A stretch of 64,000 nucleotides of DNA from an uncultured bacterium (lineage in GTDB: Bacteria > Verrucomicrobiota > Verrucomicrobiia > Limisphaerales > UBA8199). Under the pieces are notes generated by a model. The model ran no database searches, was not told the origin of the DNA, and saw only the letters and a list, made by a program, of their open reading frames with translations. Below, piece by piece: positions 31,560 to 41,143 of the stretch (position 1 is the stretch's first letter; each line of letters opens with the position of its first letter). Location of the stretch: contig CAVVMW010000012.1 in assembly GCA_963749495.1 (NCBI GenBank), forward strand, positions 192,001 through 256,000, written 5' to 3'. Position numbers and translations under genes: made by a program.

Positions 31560-32894
31560 TCAGTTGACCACATAAACCGGCATCCCCACCCAGACAAGCC
31601 TGGCGAGGGCCTCGACGTTCCAGTTGGCCAGGCGGAAGCAGCCGTGGGATTCGGTGCGGCCGACTTGCTCGGGGCTGGGGGTGCCGTGGATGCCGTAGCC
31701 CGGCTTGTCCAGGCCGATCCAGACCACCCCCACCGGGTTATTGGGACCAGGCGGGAGCACCAACCGGGTCTTCAACTGCCGCGCTTCGGCCGATTCGGGA
31801 AAGGTCTCCGGGTTGAACGTGTAGTTGGGATTGGGGGCGATGACCGAGACGTGCAAGGCGCCGACGGGCCGCTTCTCGACTCGCCGGGCGATGCTGCACG
31901 GGAAATGGGCGACCAGGCGCGCATTGGCGTCGAAGGCCTCCAGGACTTTCTGCGCCAGGCGAATCGTTGCGTAGGCGGCCCTGTCCGGGGCATCCTGACA
32001 GGCCGCATCGGGGATTTGGAGGGTTGTGCCTGGAGGCAGCGAGGCCCAGTTGATGCCCGGGTTGAGCTGCCGGATGAAGTTGGGATGCGCGTGGGCCCTC
32101 TCGGCGACCAACTCGAGGATGGTCTCGTAATCGAGGGCGCTCTGCTGGGACTTGCCCAGCCAGGTTGAACTCAACGGCTGCAGGCGGGCCACGTCCGCGC
32201 CGCTCACCGTGTAAGTGGTCAAGGGCGGGGCAGTCAACAGGAGTCGTCCACGCGTGGCCAGGTCCAACTCACCGCTCATCGGCAGGCCCTGGCGCTCCTG
32301 GAAGGTGCGCAACGCCGCGCGGGTCTGTGCGCCGAGCCTGCCATCGAGCGAGCCGGGGGAGATGTCTTGCCGATCCAGGGCCAATTGCGCCTCGAATATG
32401 TCCTGGACCGGGCGCGGGAACCCCTCGGAGACGCCGGGGCGGACGGCTGCGTCCGGCGGCGCCGACACTGCCGCAGGCCCCGCCGGGTTGGCGGACGCTG
32501 CTGGCGTTGCCTTCAGGGCCGCATACTCGGCCAGGACGCCCGCCATTCGATTGCTAACGACGGGGCCGGCAGCCGGCGCCTGCCGGACCGGGCCGGCGGC
32601 CGGTGCAGGCGGCGGTGGCCCCGGTGTTGGCTCCGCCGCGTGGTTCGCCGTCTCCGGACTGTGAACGTTGCCCTCACTTTCCGGACTCGCTCCTCCCTCC
32701 TCCGGGCCTGGCCGACCCTCCTCCGTCTTGGGTCCCCCGCCCTCGCTGCTCCGTGCTGTGTCTGCCGATCTCACACCCGCCTGCCACCAGAGCCAACCCA
32801 ACAAAACAAATGTGACCAGGGCGACAATCCAATAGACAATCCCCGCCAGCCTCGGGCGCGAACCGGGCAAACGAAATCTCTTACGGCGGTGCAC
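31560..32894 (-). CDS. L,D-transpeptidase with a peptidoglycan-binding domain
   Basis: DGRLGAQTRAALRTFQ, PGPNNPVG, YGIHGT and SHGCFRL. Confidence 0.9.
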   Translation of the reverse strand: MHRRKRFRLPGSRPRLAGIVYWIVALVTFVLLGWLWWQAGVRSADTARSSEGGGPKTEEGRPGPEEGGASPESEGNVHSPETANHAAEPTPGPPPPAPAAGPVRQAPAAGPVVSNRMAGVLAEYAALKATPAASANPAGPAAVSAPPDAAVRPGVSEGFPRPVQDIFEAQLALDRQDISPGSLDGRLGAQTRAALRTFQERQGLPMSGELDLATRGRLLLTAPPLTTYTVSGADVARLQPLSSTWLGKSQQSALDYETILELVAERAHAHPNFIRQLNPGINWASLPPGTTLQIPDAACQDAPDRAAYATIRLAQKVLEAFDANARLVAHFPCSIARRVEKRPVGALHVSVIAPNPNYTFNPETFPESAEARQLKTRLVLPPGPNNPVGVVWIGLDKPGYGIHGTPSPEQVGRTESHGCFRLANWNVEALARLVWVGMPVYVVN

Positions 32895-33063
32895 CGTTCT
32901 AAATTAGTGCGCCGACGCCGAAATGGCGAGACTCAAAACGATTAGGCGGGCATGTGCGCCGGGGGCGCCAGCGTAGCGCAGGTTTCCAAACCCGCAGGCC
33001 GTCCGCAAACCGGGGGCGCTCGACATGCCGACGCCCTGCCCATTGGAAATCGGCGATACAGCA

Positions 33064-34420
33064 GAGCCTTTTGCAAAACGAAAGAGGAAGGAGACAAAGT
33101 TGATCCAGGGTTGGACGTTGGGAAGGCAGGTGTCTATTCATTGAACTGGCTTGGCGCCCCGCTTGGAACGAAAACGGCCCGCAAGCCGGCAGGCAGGGGT
33201 TCTCAGGCGATACGCCTCCCATCACGCCCCTGGTGGAGCGCGGGCCATTGGCATGGAAAGTGGGGATGTCAACACAAGCGAGCCCAGATGCCCAAGGTGG
33301 CGACCGCCAAGACTCCGAACATCAAATGGCACATGACCTTGGCGGCTCCTCGCACATGCACCGTCCGGGCCCCAAACTCCTCTTTGAGCCGGCCGTTAAC
33401 TCGCTCGCTGGCAGTGCGCTGCTTATAGCGTTGGCGCTCCGCCGGATCCAGCGGCACGAAGCCCTCCCGTTCCTTGGGATCAATAATTGGCACGTGTCCC
33501 AAGCCCCGACAAAAGTCCTTGATGAAGTGCGCGTCGTAGGCCGAGTCCATCAGTTCATAGAGCGCCTGAACCCGTTGGGCGCTCTGCTGCGCCAGGGGAA
33601 TAGCGACCTGACTATCATGCAGGCTGGCACTGGTCAGCACCGCACCGATGGGAATATCCCCGTCAATCACGTCCAGGTGCAGTTTGTAGCCTCGCCACCA
33701 GGTCTTGTAACCCTTGGCATCGGTCTTACACCCTATATCGCATCCCCGCGGCAGGTCGGCCAGGTTCTGCTCCAGCGAGCGGGCCATCTGGATCTCCAGC
33801 TTCGTACGAGGCGGGCGCACCTCACCTTTCTTGGGCCGGCCTTGCCAGGGGGCGGAGCGACCATCTCCGGCTTGGTCGCCTTGCGCTCCGGCACACTAAT
33901 GGCCGTGCTGTCCCGGCTGATGTGCCCCACCAGCTTGGGCCGACAGTGTATCTCCACCAACGCCGCGTGGATTTGCTGCGGCAATTCGTCGGCGGCAAAC
34001 ACGCTAAAGGCCCGCGAGAAAGTCGAGCGCTCCGGCAACTGGCCCAAGCTTTCCCAGCCGCAGAGCCGCCGCAGCGTGGGGCGAGCGTTCAAGGCATCGA
34101 TCAATGCTTCGGTCGTGGCAAATCCATAAACGGCTTTGGCGATAAAGGCGTGCAGCACCCAGACCCGCTCATGGGGAGGTCGCCCCTGCCCACATCCCTC
34201 GTAACGAAGCAGAAAACGTCCCAAAGGCAGCAGCGAAATTACCTCGACGAATTGCTGGTCCTTGGCCCCCAAGGACCCGAGTTCCTCGGTCAAAACCGGG
34301 AAAAGTTGGCGTTGGAGGTGTTGCCACAGGTCAGGCAGGTCAGGCATATGCGTGGTTTGATCCATCTGCCGACCAGATTATTCAAGAATCCTGCAACTTT
34401 CCGACTTTTGCAAAAGGCTC
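33064..34420 (-). mobile_element. IS5/IS1182-like insertion sequence, 1357 bp, with 15-bp terminal inverted repeats and a 4-bp AGCA target duplication
   Basis: GAGCCTTTTGCAAAA at 33064-33078 and TTTTGCAAAAGGCTC at 34406-34420. AGCA occurs at 33060-33063 and 34421-34424. Confidence 0.85.
33269..34365 (-). CDS. DDE transposase (frameshift near 33845)
   Basis: GRPPHER, ISRDSTAI, GYKLHL, HDSQ, MDSAYD and RTASERVNGRLK, split across two frames. Confidence 0.85.
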
Positions 34421-34440
34421 AGCAGGTTTGGAAACCTGCG

Positions 34441-35190
34441 CTACAACTTTGTCAACGGCCCTGGCATGTGCGCCGGGGAAAACTCCTTGCGGACCACGGC
34501 CTGGCCGATGATGAGAGCGGCCTCCCAGTCCGGGACCTGGTCGGTATTGATGACCACATGATAGAGCAGCGGGTCATCGATGTCCCGGCCAAAGTACTTC
34601 TTGAGGTAGCGGCGGCGCCCCCGGTCCTCGCGGCGCACGAACTCGCGGGCCTGTTTGGGGCTCAGGCCCTCCAGTTGCTGGATATAGGCGGCCCGCCCCT
34701 CGAAAGAGCCGACTAAGCGGACATGAAAGACATAGTTGAGCCTGCTGGTGATGACGTTTGCGCCGCGGCCGATCAGGATGACATTGCCCAACTCGGCCAG
34801 GTGCAGGATGGTGTCGGCCGTGTTGCGGACCAGGGTCCAGGAGGGGGGGTGCAGGCCGAAGAGCTCGTCCATAGTGTCGGCCATTTCCGAGATCCGGTCC
34901 TCCGGCATGAACCGCGCCAGGCGCTTGGGCAGGTGATGGTCCTCAAGGACCTTCTCGACCAGGTTCCGATCGAAGATCGTCCAGGGACACCAGCCATTGG
35001 GGGCATTTTCCTGGAGGTACTGGGCCAGTTTTTCGGCGACGGCGTGGCCGCCGGCGCCGGACTGGCGCGAAATCGTGACCGCCCGGCGCTGGAGGTCGTC
35101 CCGGGCCGGCGGGGGCTTGCCTGGCCCCTGCGGCTGCAACTGGCAATTGATGAACGACCGGCACTGTTCCAAGCCAACTTGCGTCTTCAT
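34441..35190 (-). CDS. Cytidylate kinase-like family protein
   Basis: VTISRQSGAGG, ILIGRGAN, DRGRRRY and YHVVINT. Confidence 0.85.
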   Translation of the reverse strand: MKTQVGLEQCRSFINCQLQPQGPGKPPPARDDLQRRAVTISRQSGAGGHAVAEKLAQYLQENAPNGWCPWTIFDRNLVEKVLEDHHLPKRLARFMPEDRISEMADTMDELFGLHPPSWTLVRNTADTILHLAELGNVILIGRGANVITSRLNYVFHVRLVGSFEGRAAYIQQLEGLSPKQAREFVRREDRGRRRYLKKYFGRDIDDPLLYHVVINTDQVPDWEAALIIGQAVVRKEFSPAHMPGPLTKL

Positions 35191-35299
35191 CGAAGTTCTT
35201 TCCTGGTGGCTTTGCCAGCCCCAGATTAGCCCCGAAGCCTCCTCCCGGGAAGTCTGATCTCGACGGGCGATCCGATTTGATCTCAGCTAATGCGGTCCA

Positions 35300-35336
35300 T
35301 GCGTGAAAATGACGCAAAATGCGTGAGGTTCGCGCA
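35300..35336. promoter_or_regulatory. Tandem palindromic sites TGCGT-N7-(A/G)CGCA, candidate enhancer-binding-protein sites
   Basis: At 35300-35316 and 35320-35336, upstream of a sigma54 motif. Confidence 0.5.
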
Positions 35337-35388
35337 TGGCGCAGGAGGCGCGAATGCAAAACACGCGGATTTCGGGCATTTCCATGGC

Positions 35389-35403
35389 TGGCATCGAACA
35401 TGC
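35389..35403 (+). promoter_or_regulatory. sigma54 (-24/-12) promoter motif
   Basis: TGGCATC-GAAC-ATGC matches TGGCAC-N5-TTGC spacing. Confidence 0.6.
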
Positions 35404-35410
35404 TGAGAAA

Positions 35411-35585
35411 GCGACTGTAGCAGTTGTAGTGTGAGTTGTTGTTGGGTTGCACATAGCTAGCACAGCTACGGTTCGCCAGGATGAAGGTGTGGTAGAAGCA
35501 GGCTGAACCATTGCGGTGGAGTCCGGGGCACTGTTCGGTTAGGAGTTGGCGCAGGCCAGAAGGTTCCGAATGGTGCCCCGCTCCA
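35411..35585 (+). ncRNA. Candidate sigma54-dependent small RNA
   Basis: No credible ORF follows the promoter. There is a long hairpin at 35411-35476 with a GU-rich loop and a second long hairpin at 35517-35585. Confidence 0.4.
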
Positions 35586-35588
35586 TGT

Positions 35589-35846
35589 CTATCGGTTGGC
35601 CCGGGGTCGGTCTCGGCCCCGCGCCGCGCGGATGTGCCGTTCGATGTCTTGCTCGGTTTCGGGAGTGACCGGGTCTTGAGGCAAAGTACCGAGAAGCTGC
35701 TGAAAGCGCTGGTAATGCGCCGCCATTTCCTCGCGGGCGAGCGCCCGCAAGCCGGCGCGGATCACGTCGCTGCCGTTGCCGTAAAGGCCGGAGCGGAGCC
35801 GCCGCTCGACGAAAGCCTTCAATTCCGGAGTCAAAGAGACCTTCAC
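35589..35846 (-). CDS. ParD-like (CopG/Arc/MetJ ribbon-helix-helix) antitoxin with no adjacent toxin
   Basis: VSLTPELKAFVERRLRSGLYGNGSDVIRAGLRAL. Confidence 0.75.
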   Translation of the reverse strand: MKVSLTPELKAFVERRLRSGLYGNGSDVIRAGLRALAREEMAAHYQRFQQLLGTLPQDPVTPETEQDIERHIRAARGRDRPRANR

Positions 35847-35865
35847 GGCGGAGCAAGACACAGTG

Positions 35866-36312
35866 CTAATGGGCGACAGCAATGTCAGTGCCTTCCAGTC
35901 CGAAATCGTCAGGCGGGTCGTCTGAGGAGGCACCGGTTGGGGATCCGAACTCCACCAGACCAAAAGTGTTCGGCGCCGGTCGAGTGAAGATTTTGTGGTC
36001 TCTCACGTACGAGGCCAGCGAACCACTGAGAGAGGTCTTGTGTTTTTTCTCTACAGGCTTTCCGATGCGTTTGAGCAATTCCTCCACGTGGAGCGGCTTG
36101 CCTTCCTGTTGGAGAACTTCACGCACTCTTGCCAAATCGGTGCCCGGTCTGAGTACCAGATCCTCCTGGCCCGCGGAATCTTTGGGCAGCATTTTTCGCA
36201 TGTCTTCCAGCGCTTGGAGGTAGGCCCGAGCCTCGCCGAGAGTCCTCTCGAGCGTTGCGATCTCCTCTTTTTTCTTCTCGATCTTCCGATCCAAGTCTCT
36301 TCGAATATCCAT
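35866..36312 (-). CDS. Coiled-coil plus winged-helix (HARE-HTH-like) protein
   Basis: EVLQQEGKPLHVEEL...SLSGSLASY...FTRPAPNTFGL. Confidence 0.65.
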   Translation of the reverse strand: MDIRRDLDRKIEKKKEEIATLERTLGEARAYLQALEDMRKMLPKDSAGQEDLVLRPGTDLARVREVLQQEGKPLHVEELLKRIGKPVEKKHKTSLSGSLASYVRDHKIFTRPAPNTFGLVEFGSPTGASSDDPPDDFGLEGTDIAVAH

Positions 36313-36444
36313 TGGCGACCATCGTACCGCATGAACATTCGTGGGTCAAGGAGAAAAAGATGATAAATGATGAAAAAGTATTGACTAAAGATGGAAAATC
36401 GAGTTCAATGCCCACGAATAGCGGTATCAGCCAAAGGAACGTCT

Positions 36445-37267
36445 ATGGATAGTGTGACGCAGCGTCTGGACGCCGTAAAGCGGCTATCGAAGAATGGCGG
36501 CGAGTACCTGGATGGGGAGAGATCTCCAGCCGATCCTCGGATACGAGAAATGGGAGAACTTCAAGAATGTAATCCAAAAAGCCATTGAAGCCTGCCAAAG
36601 TGCGCGTATAGAAACCAAGTATCACTTTCTTAATGCCGGGAAGGTGATAGCCGCGGGCAAGGGGGCACAACTCGAGAGAGAAGACTATTTTCTCACTCGC
36701 TACGGCTGTTACCTGATCGCCATGAACGGCGACCCCTCCAAGCAGGAGATCGGGTCAGCGCAGACGTACTTCGCAGTCCAGGCGAGGCGGCAGGAGCTTT
36801 TCGATCTTTCCCTGAATGACGAGAAGAGGCTCGAACTGCGCGAGCGAGTGAAGGAGGCCGTCAAGCACCTGAACAGCGCCGCAAAAGGCTCTGGCGTCGT
36901 GAACTACGCCTTTTTCCACGACGCTGGTTACCGTGGTCTCTACGGCATGGGACTCCGCGCGATCAAGGACAGAAAGGGCATTCCTGAAAAGGAAGATCTC
37001 ATGGACCGGGCTGGTCGTGCCGAGCTCGCGGCTAACGAGTTCAGGTACACGCAGACCGAGGAAAGGCTGAAGAAGGAGCAGGTCAGAGGCGGAGACCGTG
37101 CCGAAGCAGTCCACAACGAGGTGGGCAGAAAAGTGCGCGAGGCTATCAGAAACATCGGGGGGACCGCGCCCGAGGACCTCCCCCCCGAACGTTCTCTTAA
37201 GAGGCTGATAGACCCGCGTAGGCGGCGCCTCGCTGATCCAGGAACGGCAGGCGGCGAGGCGTGCTGA
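36445..37267 (+). CDS. dinD: DNA-damage-inducible protein D (Bro-N domain; frameshift near 36505)
   Basis: NGGEY/WMGRDLQPILGYEKWENF, LTRYGCYLIAMNGDPSK, AQTYFAVQ, GYRGLYG and ELAANEFR. Confidence 0.85.
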
Positions 37268-37290
37268 GCGAGTTTTCGCCAACAATTGAT

Positions 37291-40200
37291 TTACGGCCCA
37301 ACCTCTAACTCGATCTTCGCACCCAGGCAATCGGGGGCGGCGGCCAGTGCCTCGGTGAATTCCTGGCGCGCCTTTTGTTTTTCGCCCAGGCCGAGCTGGG
37401 CCAAGCCGCGCACATAATGGGCCAGGGCGGTCCTGGCGGCGGGTGACTGGCGCCGGCGCGGCCCTTCGGAGGAGTCGCCCGGTTCGAGGGCTTGTTCGGC
37501 TGTTTCCAGGAGGCCGCGCAGGGCGGTTTCGGCCTCGGCGGCCTGGCCCAGCTTGCGTTTGGCGAGGGCCTGGAAATAGACCTGGACCTGCCGCTCGGAG
37601 AGGCGGCCCTCGGGACGGCGTCGCCGGCCTGCGGGGAGATCGCCGGCGGCCTCCTGCCAGGCCAGCCGGGCCTTGGCCGAGTCGCCCAAACCTTCACAGG
37701 CCAGGCCCAGCCAATAGTCGAGTTCGGCGTTGCGGGCAGGACCGGCCTGGTCACTGGGCAGGTTATCGGGGATGGAGCCAGCGGCCTGGAAATTCTCGAG
37801 GGCGGCGGCGAATTTGCCCGCAGCCAGTGCCTGGCGTCCGCGCAACACGTGGGCGTTGACCCAATGGTCGGCTACCTCGATGGCGCCCCCTTCCCAGACG
37901 GCGAACTGCCGCCCGGTCATGAGGCCGATGGCATCGCCGGTCTTTCCCGCGAACACCTTGAGGCCGATCTCGCGGGACAAGGCATCGTCGCGTTGGGCCA
38001 CGACCTCGTGGTTCTGCTCCAGCAGGGCCAGCCGTTTCTCGGGCGAGACGCCGGCGGTGGCGTAGAGTTCATCCAACTCGGCGAAGTGGAGGGCGAATTT
38101 GGGCGTGCAGCGGACGGCCTGTTCGAGCTGGGCAATGGCGCGGGCGGTGCCGTTGGTCTGGCGGTCGTGCGCGCAGGCGACGGCAAGGTTGCGGTGAACG
38201 ATGGGGAAAGACGGGTCGAGCGCGGCGGATTTCTCCCACAGTTTGGCGGCCTCTTCGGGTTGGCCGTCGTAGAGGAGGTTGCCCAAGTAATAGGGGGCGC
38301 GGGAGTCGTTGGGATTGAGTTGGCAGGCGCGGCGCAACACCGGGATGACCTCCCATTGGAAGGGAAAGACGTAATCGGCGGGCATCGCCAGAGCCAGGCG
38401 GCGGTATTGCGCGGCCCCGGAGGGGTCGCCGAGCCGTTCGGCGAAGTGGCCCAGGTAGTAATAGGCCAGGGGCGAGATGCGGTTCGTGTCCGGGGCATTC
38501 CGGATGCTGAACGTCAGGAGGGCGACGCCGTCCTGCCACAGACCGGCGTCGGCATAAGCGGCGGCGGCCTCCAGCCCGGTGGCGGGGTGGCGGCGCAGGG
38601 TCTGGGCCAGCTCGGGCGCGGCCTTCTTGCCCTGGATGAGCCAGCGTTCGCTCATGAGGCCGACATCGAGCGGGTCGGTTTGGCGCGCGGCGTAGTCCAG
38701 GACAGCCAGGGCGCGCCCGCTCTGGCCGGTGTGGCGCAGGAGGGCGGCCTTGAGCGAGAGGGCGCGCAAATCCAGGGTGTTGGCCTCCAGCGAGCGGTTG
38801 ACCCGCTCCAGCGCGGCGGGGAAGTCACCGCGCAGCGCGGCCAGTTCGGCCAGCGAATAGCAGGCCGGCGCCCGCCAGGCCTCGCTCCAAGCGGCCTTGT
38901 AGAAGGCGTCGTTGGCCTGGCTGAGCCGGGCCTGGGCCTTGAGCGCGACGCCCAGGTAGTAGAAGGCCTCGCCGTCCCTGGGTGTCGTGTAGTTGGCGCT
39001 GAGACGTTCGATGGCCCTGCGGAAGTGCGTTTCGGCCTCCGCAAACCTGGCCTGCCTCAGCTTGCGAATGCCCAGCACGGTATTGACGCGCGCGTCGGCG
39101 GGGTCGCGGCGCAGGGCCTCTTCCCAGTAGGGCTCGGGCTTGAGCGAGGGACTATGGAACTGCTCGATGCGCTGGCCGGCCAGGTAGAGTTCTTCCACGG
39201 TGCTCAAGTCGTTGGGGGGCGGCGGGTTGGCGTAAGGCTTGGGCATGGGAACGGGCGCCAGCCGCACGGGCGAATACTCGACCAGGACCTTGCCCTCGAC
39301 CGAGAGCGAGGCGCGCAGGTCGTGCTCATCCACGCCCGGCGGGACGGGCACTTGCCTCAGGCAGGGCCTGTCCGGGCTGATGGCCAGGACTTCCCGGAGC
39401 AGGACGCGCTCGCCGGCCTTGAGCGCAACGGTGGCCGCACGGTGGGGGGCCGTGACGCAGAAACCCACCGTGGCGACCTGGTTGGAGCCAACTTCAAGGT
39501 TGACGGCGCCATCGAGGTTGGCGTTCTTGACACCTTGGATGGTGTGGAAAGGATACCAGAACATGCGGACAGCCTTGGTTTCTCCGGGCTGCAGCCAACT
39601 GTAGTCGGGCTGGTTGTCCGAGTAGGCCCCGGCCATGAGCTCGATGTAGGGGCCGTCGTCGTCGGTCAGGATCTTGTCCCACATCCGCCCGCGCGGGCCG
39701 TTGCCCCAGGTCCAGAACTTCTTGCCGGGGACCACGTGGTGGTCGGCCACGCTCAGGATGCCGGCCTCCTTGCCGTGGTCATAGCCGGCGAAGAAGTCGT
39801 CCTCACAATTCCAGGCGAACATCGAGTTGGCGGCGACGTGGTTCGAGTACCAGCTCACATCCACGCCGCGGGTGAAGTCGGCCCCGTTGTAGCGGGTCGT
39901 GGCGATGGGCCAGGTGGTGAACTGGTTCTTCGAGTGGTAGGTGACCAACTGGGTGCGGGGCGGATAGATGACCTGGTAGTTGTCGTTGACGTGCACGGCC
40001 ACGTTTGCAAAGCAGAGCATGGTATTGACCATCGGGGTGCGGTTGACGATGCGCACGGAGCACTCCAGGAAGGAGCGCCCGGGCCGCAAGGTGTAGCCGA
40101 CCGCCCAGCGCATCCGCTGCCGCACCTCCAACTCGCCCACCCAGACCGTCTTGCTCCCGTCCCCGTGCTCCTGGACCCGGTACTGCACCGGGAGAAACGT

Positions 40201-40770
40201 CGTGGCCCGGTGATGATGCGGGATGTTCCATTCGACGCCTCCCGAAATCCAGGCCCCGATCAGGCCGATCAGCGCCGGTTTGATGACGTGCTGCCGATAG
40301 ATGAAATTGTAGCCGTTGCTCTTGTCCACCGCCTCGAACAGGCGCCCGCCGATCTCCGGCAGAATCCCGATCCGCACATACTCGTTCTCCAGATAGACCA
40401 GCCGGTACACCTTGTTGGACTTCACGTGGGTCAGCCGGTCGTAAAGCGGGTAAGGATAGACGCGGCCCTCGGCGCCCTGGGAATTGCGGCCGAAGTAAAA
40501 CATCGGGTTGGGCTCCGGTTCCCCGGCCAGGTAAGTCGGGATCGGCTCGTCGCGCTCGATGACCTTCACGGGGGCGGCGCCCGCCGCCGCCACCGCGGCG
40601 ACCAGGGCCGCGCCGGCAAGGGCCCACAGGCCCACCGGCCGGGACAGGCCTCGCCCGGCGCGAAGCGTTTTGGACTGCGCCAGTCCTCTGGCGCTTTTCA
40701 GACCCTGGGAACAGGAAAGCGCCAGAGGACTGGCGCAGTCCAGAACCTTGCGGGCATGGCGGCCGTTCAT
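37291..40770 (-). CDS. DUF5107-domain plus TPR-repeat protein
   Basis: LENEYVRIGILPEIGGR, IKPALIGLIGAWISGGVEWN, GKKFWTWG and many TPR helices. The start is uncertain. Confidence 0.85.
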   Translation of the reverse strand: MNGRHARKVLDCASPLALSCSQGLKSARGLAQSKTLRAGRGLSRPVGLWALAGAALVAAVAAAGAAPVKVIERDEPIPTYLAGEPEPNPMFYFGRNSQGAEGRVYPYPLYDRLTHVKSNKVYRLVYLENEYVRIGILPEIGGRLFEAVDKSNGYNFIYRQHVIKPALIGLIGAWISGGVEWNIPHHHRATTFLPVQYRVQEHGDGSKTVWVGELEVRQRMRWAVGYTLRPGRSFLECSVRIVNRTPMVNTMLCFANVAVHVNDNYQVIYPPRTQLVTYHSKNQFTTWPIATTRYNGADFTRGVDVSWYSNHVAANSMFAWNCEDDFFAGYDHGKEAGILSVADHHVVPGKKFWTWGNGPRGRMWDKILTDDDGPYIELMAGAYSDNQPDYSWLQPGETKAVRMFWYPFHTIQGVKNANLDGAVNLEVGSNQVATVGFCVTAPHRAATVALKAGERVLLREVLAISPDRPCLRQVPVPPGVDEHDLRASLSVEGKVLVEYSPVRLAPVPMPKPYANPPPPNDLSTVEELYLAGQRIEQFHSPSLKPEPYWEEALRRDPADARVNTVLGIRKLRQARFAEAETHFRRAIERLSANYTTPRDGEAFYYLGVALKAQARLSQANDAFYKAAWSEAWRAPACYSLAELAALRGDFPAALERVNRSLEANTLDLRALSLKAALLRHTGQSGRALAVLDYAARQTDPLDVGLMSERWLIQGKKAAPELAQTLRRHPATGLEAAAAYADAGLWQDGVALLTFSIRNAPDTNRISPLAYYYLGHFAERLGDPSGAAQYRRLALAMPADYVFPFQWEVIPVLRRACQLNPNDSRAPYYLGNLLYDGQPEEAAKLWEKSAALDPSFPIVHRNLAVACAHDRQTNGTARAIAQLEQAVRCTPKFALHFAELDELYATAGVSPEKRLALLEQNHEVVAQRDDALSREIGLKVFAGKTGDAIGLMTGRQFAVWEGGAIEVADHWVNAHVLRGRQALAAGKFAAALENFQAAGSIPDNLPSDQAGPARNAELDYWLGLACEGLGDSAKARLAWQEAAGDLPAGRRRRPEGRLSERQVQVYFQALAKRKLGQAAEAETALRGLLETAEQALEPGDSSEGPRRRQSPAARTALAHYVRGLAQLGLGEKQKARQEFTEALAAAPDCLGAKIELEVGP
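40667..40746. repeat. REP-like doublet family A, copy 2 (inside the predicted 5' end of the DUF5107 gene)
   Basis: Same arms as at 22615 and 52657. Confidence 0.85.
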
Positions 40771-40918
40771 GGAAAGCCGGCGGCCGGGGGCCGGACTGGG
40801 CATTGCGTCGAGTTGCACGATGGGCAGTTGGTTGCAGTTCAGCGGCGCCACTCTATCCCACCGCCGCCCGGCGGCAAACAAAAAGCGAGCACCCCGGCAG
40901 CTTTCTGACCCCGTTCGC

Positions 40919-41143
40919 TTACGCCTTGGGAGGGAGAGCACTGGGCCGCTTCCGCTCAGCTCGCACCTGGCGGAGATAACGTAGCTTCACGGCTCGCTCA
41001 AGCTGCTCGGCAGCGATTCCAGATCGTTCGCTGTAACTGTGAAGCATCAACTCGTAGGCGTCGCCCAGGCGATCCGCTTGCTCGGGAGCAGCCTCCCGGA
41101 ACGCATCGTAGGCTTCAAGCAGAGCGGCCAGTTCCGGGTTCAT
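40919..41143 (-). CDS. Small helical hypothetical protein
   Basis: MNPELAALLEAYDAFREA..., overlapping the upstream ORF. Confidence 0.55.
   Translation of the reverse strand: MNPELAALLEAYDAFREAAPEQADRLGDAYELMLHSYSERSGIAAEQLERAVKLRYLRQVRAERKRPSALPPKA

Noticed and set aside
36313..36444. LexA box upstream of dinD
   Set aside because: Only a GAACA half-site; no convincing palindrome.
37492..40908. 1138-aa + strand ORF and many similar long overlapping ORFs
   Set aside because: Shadow frames of real genes, typical of high-GC DNA; no recognisable motifs.
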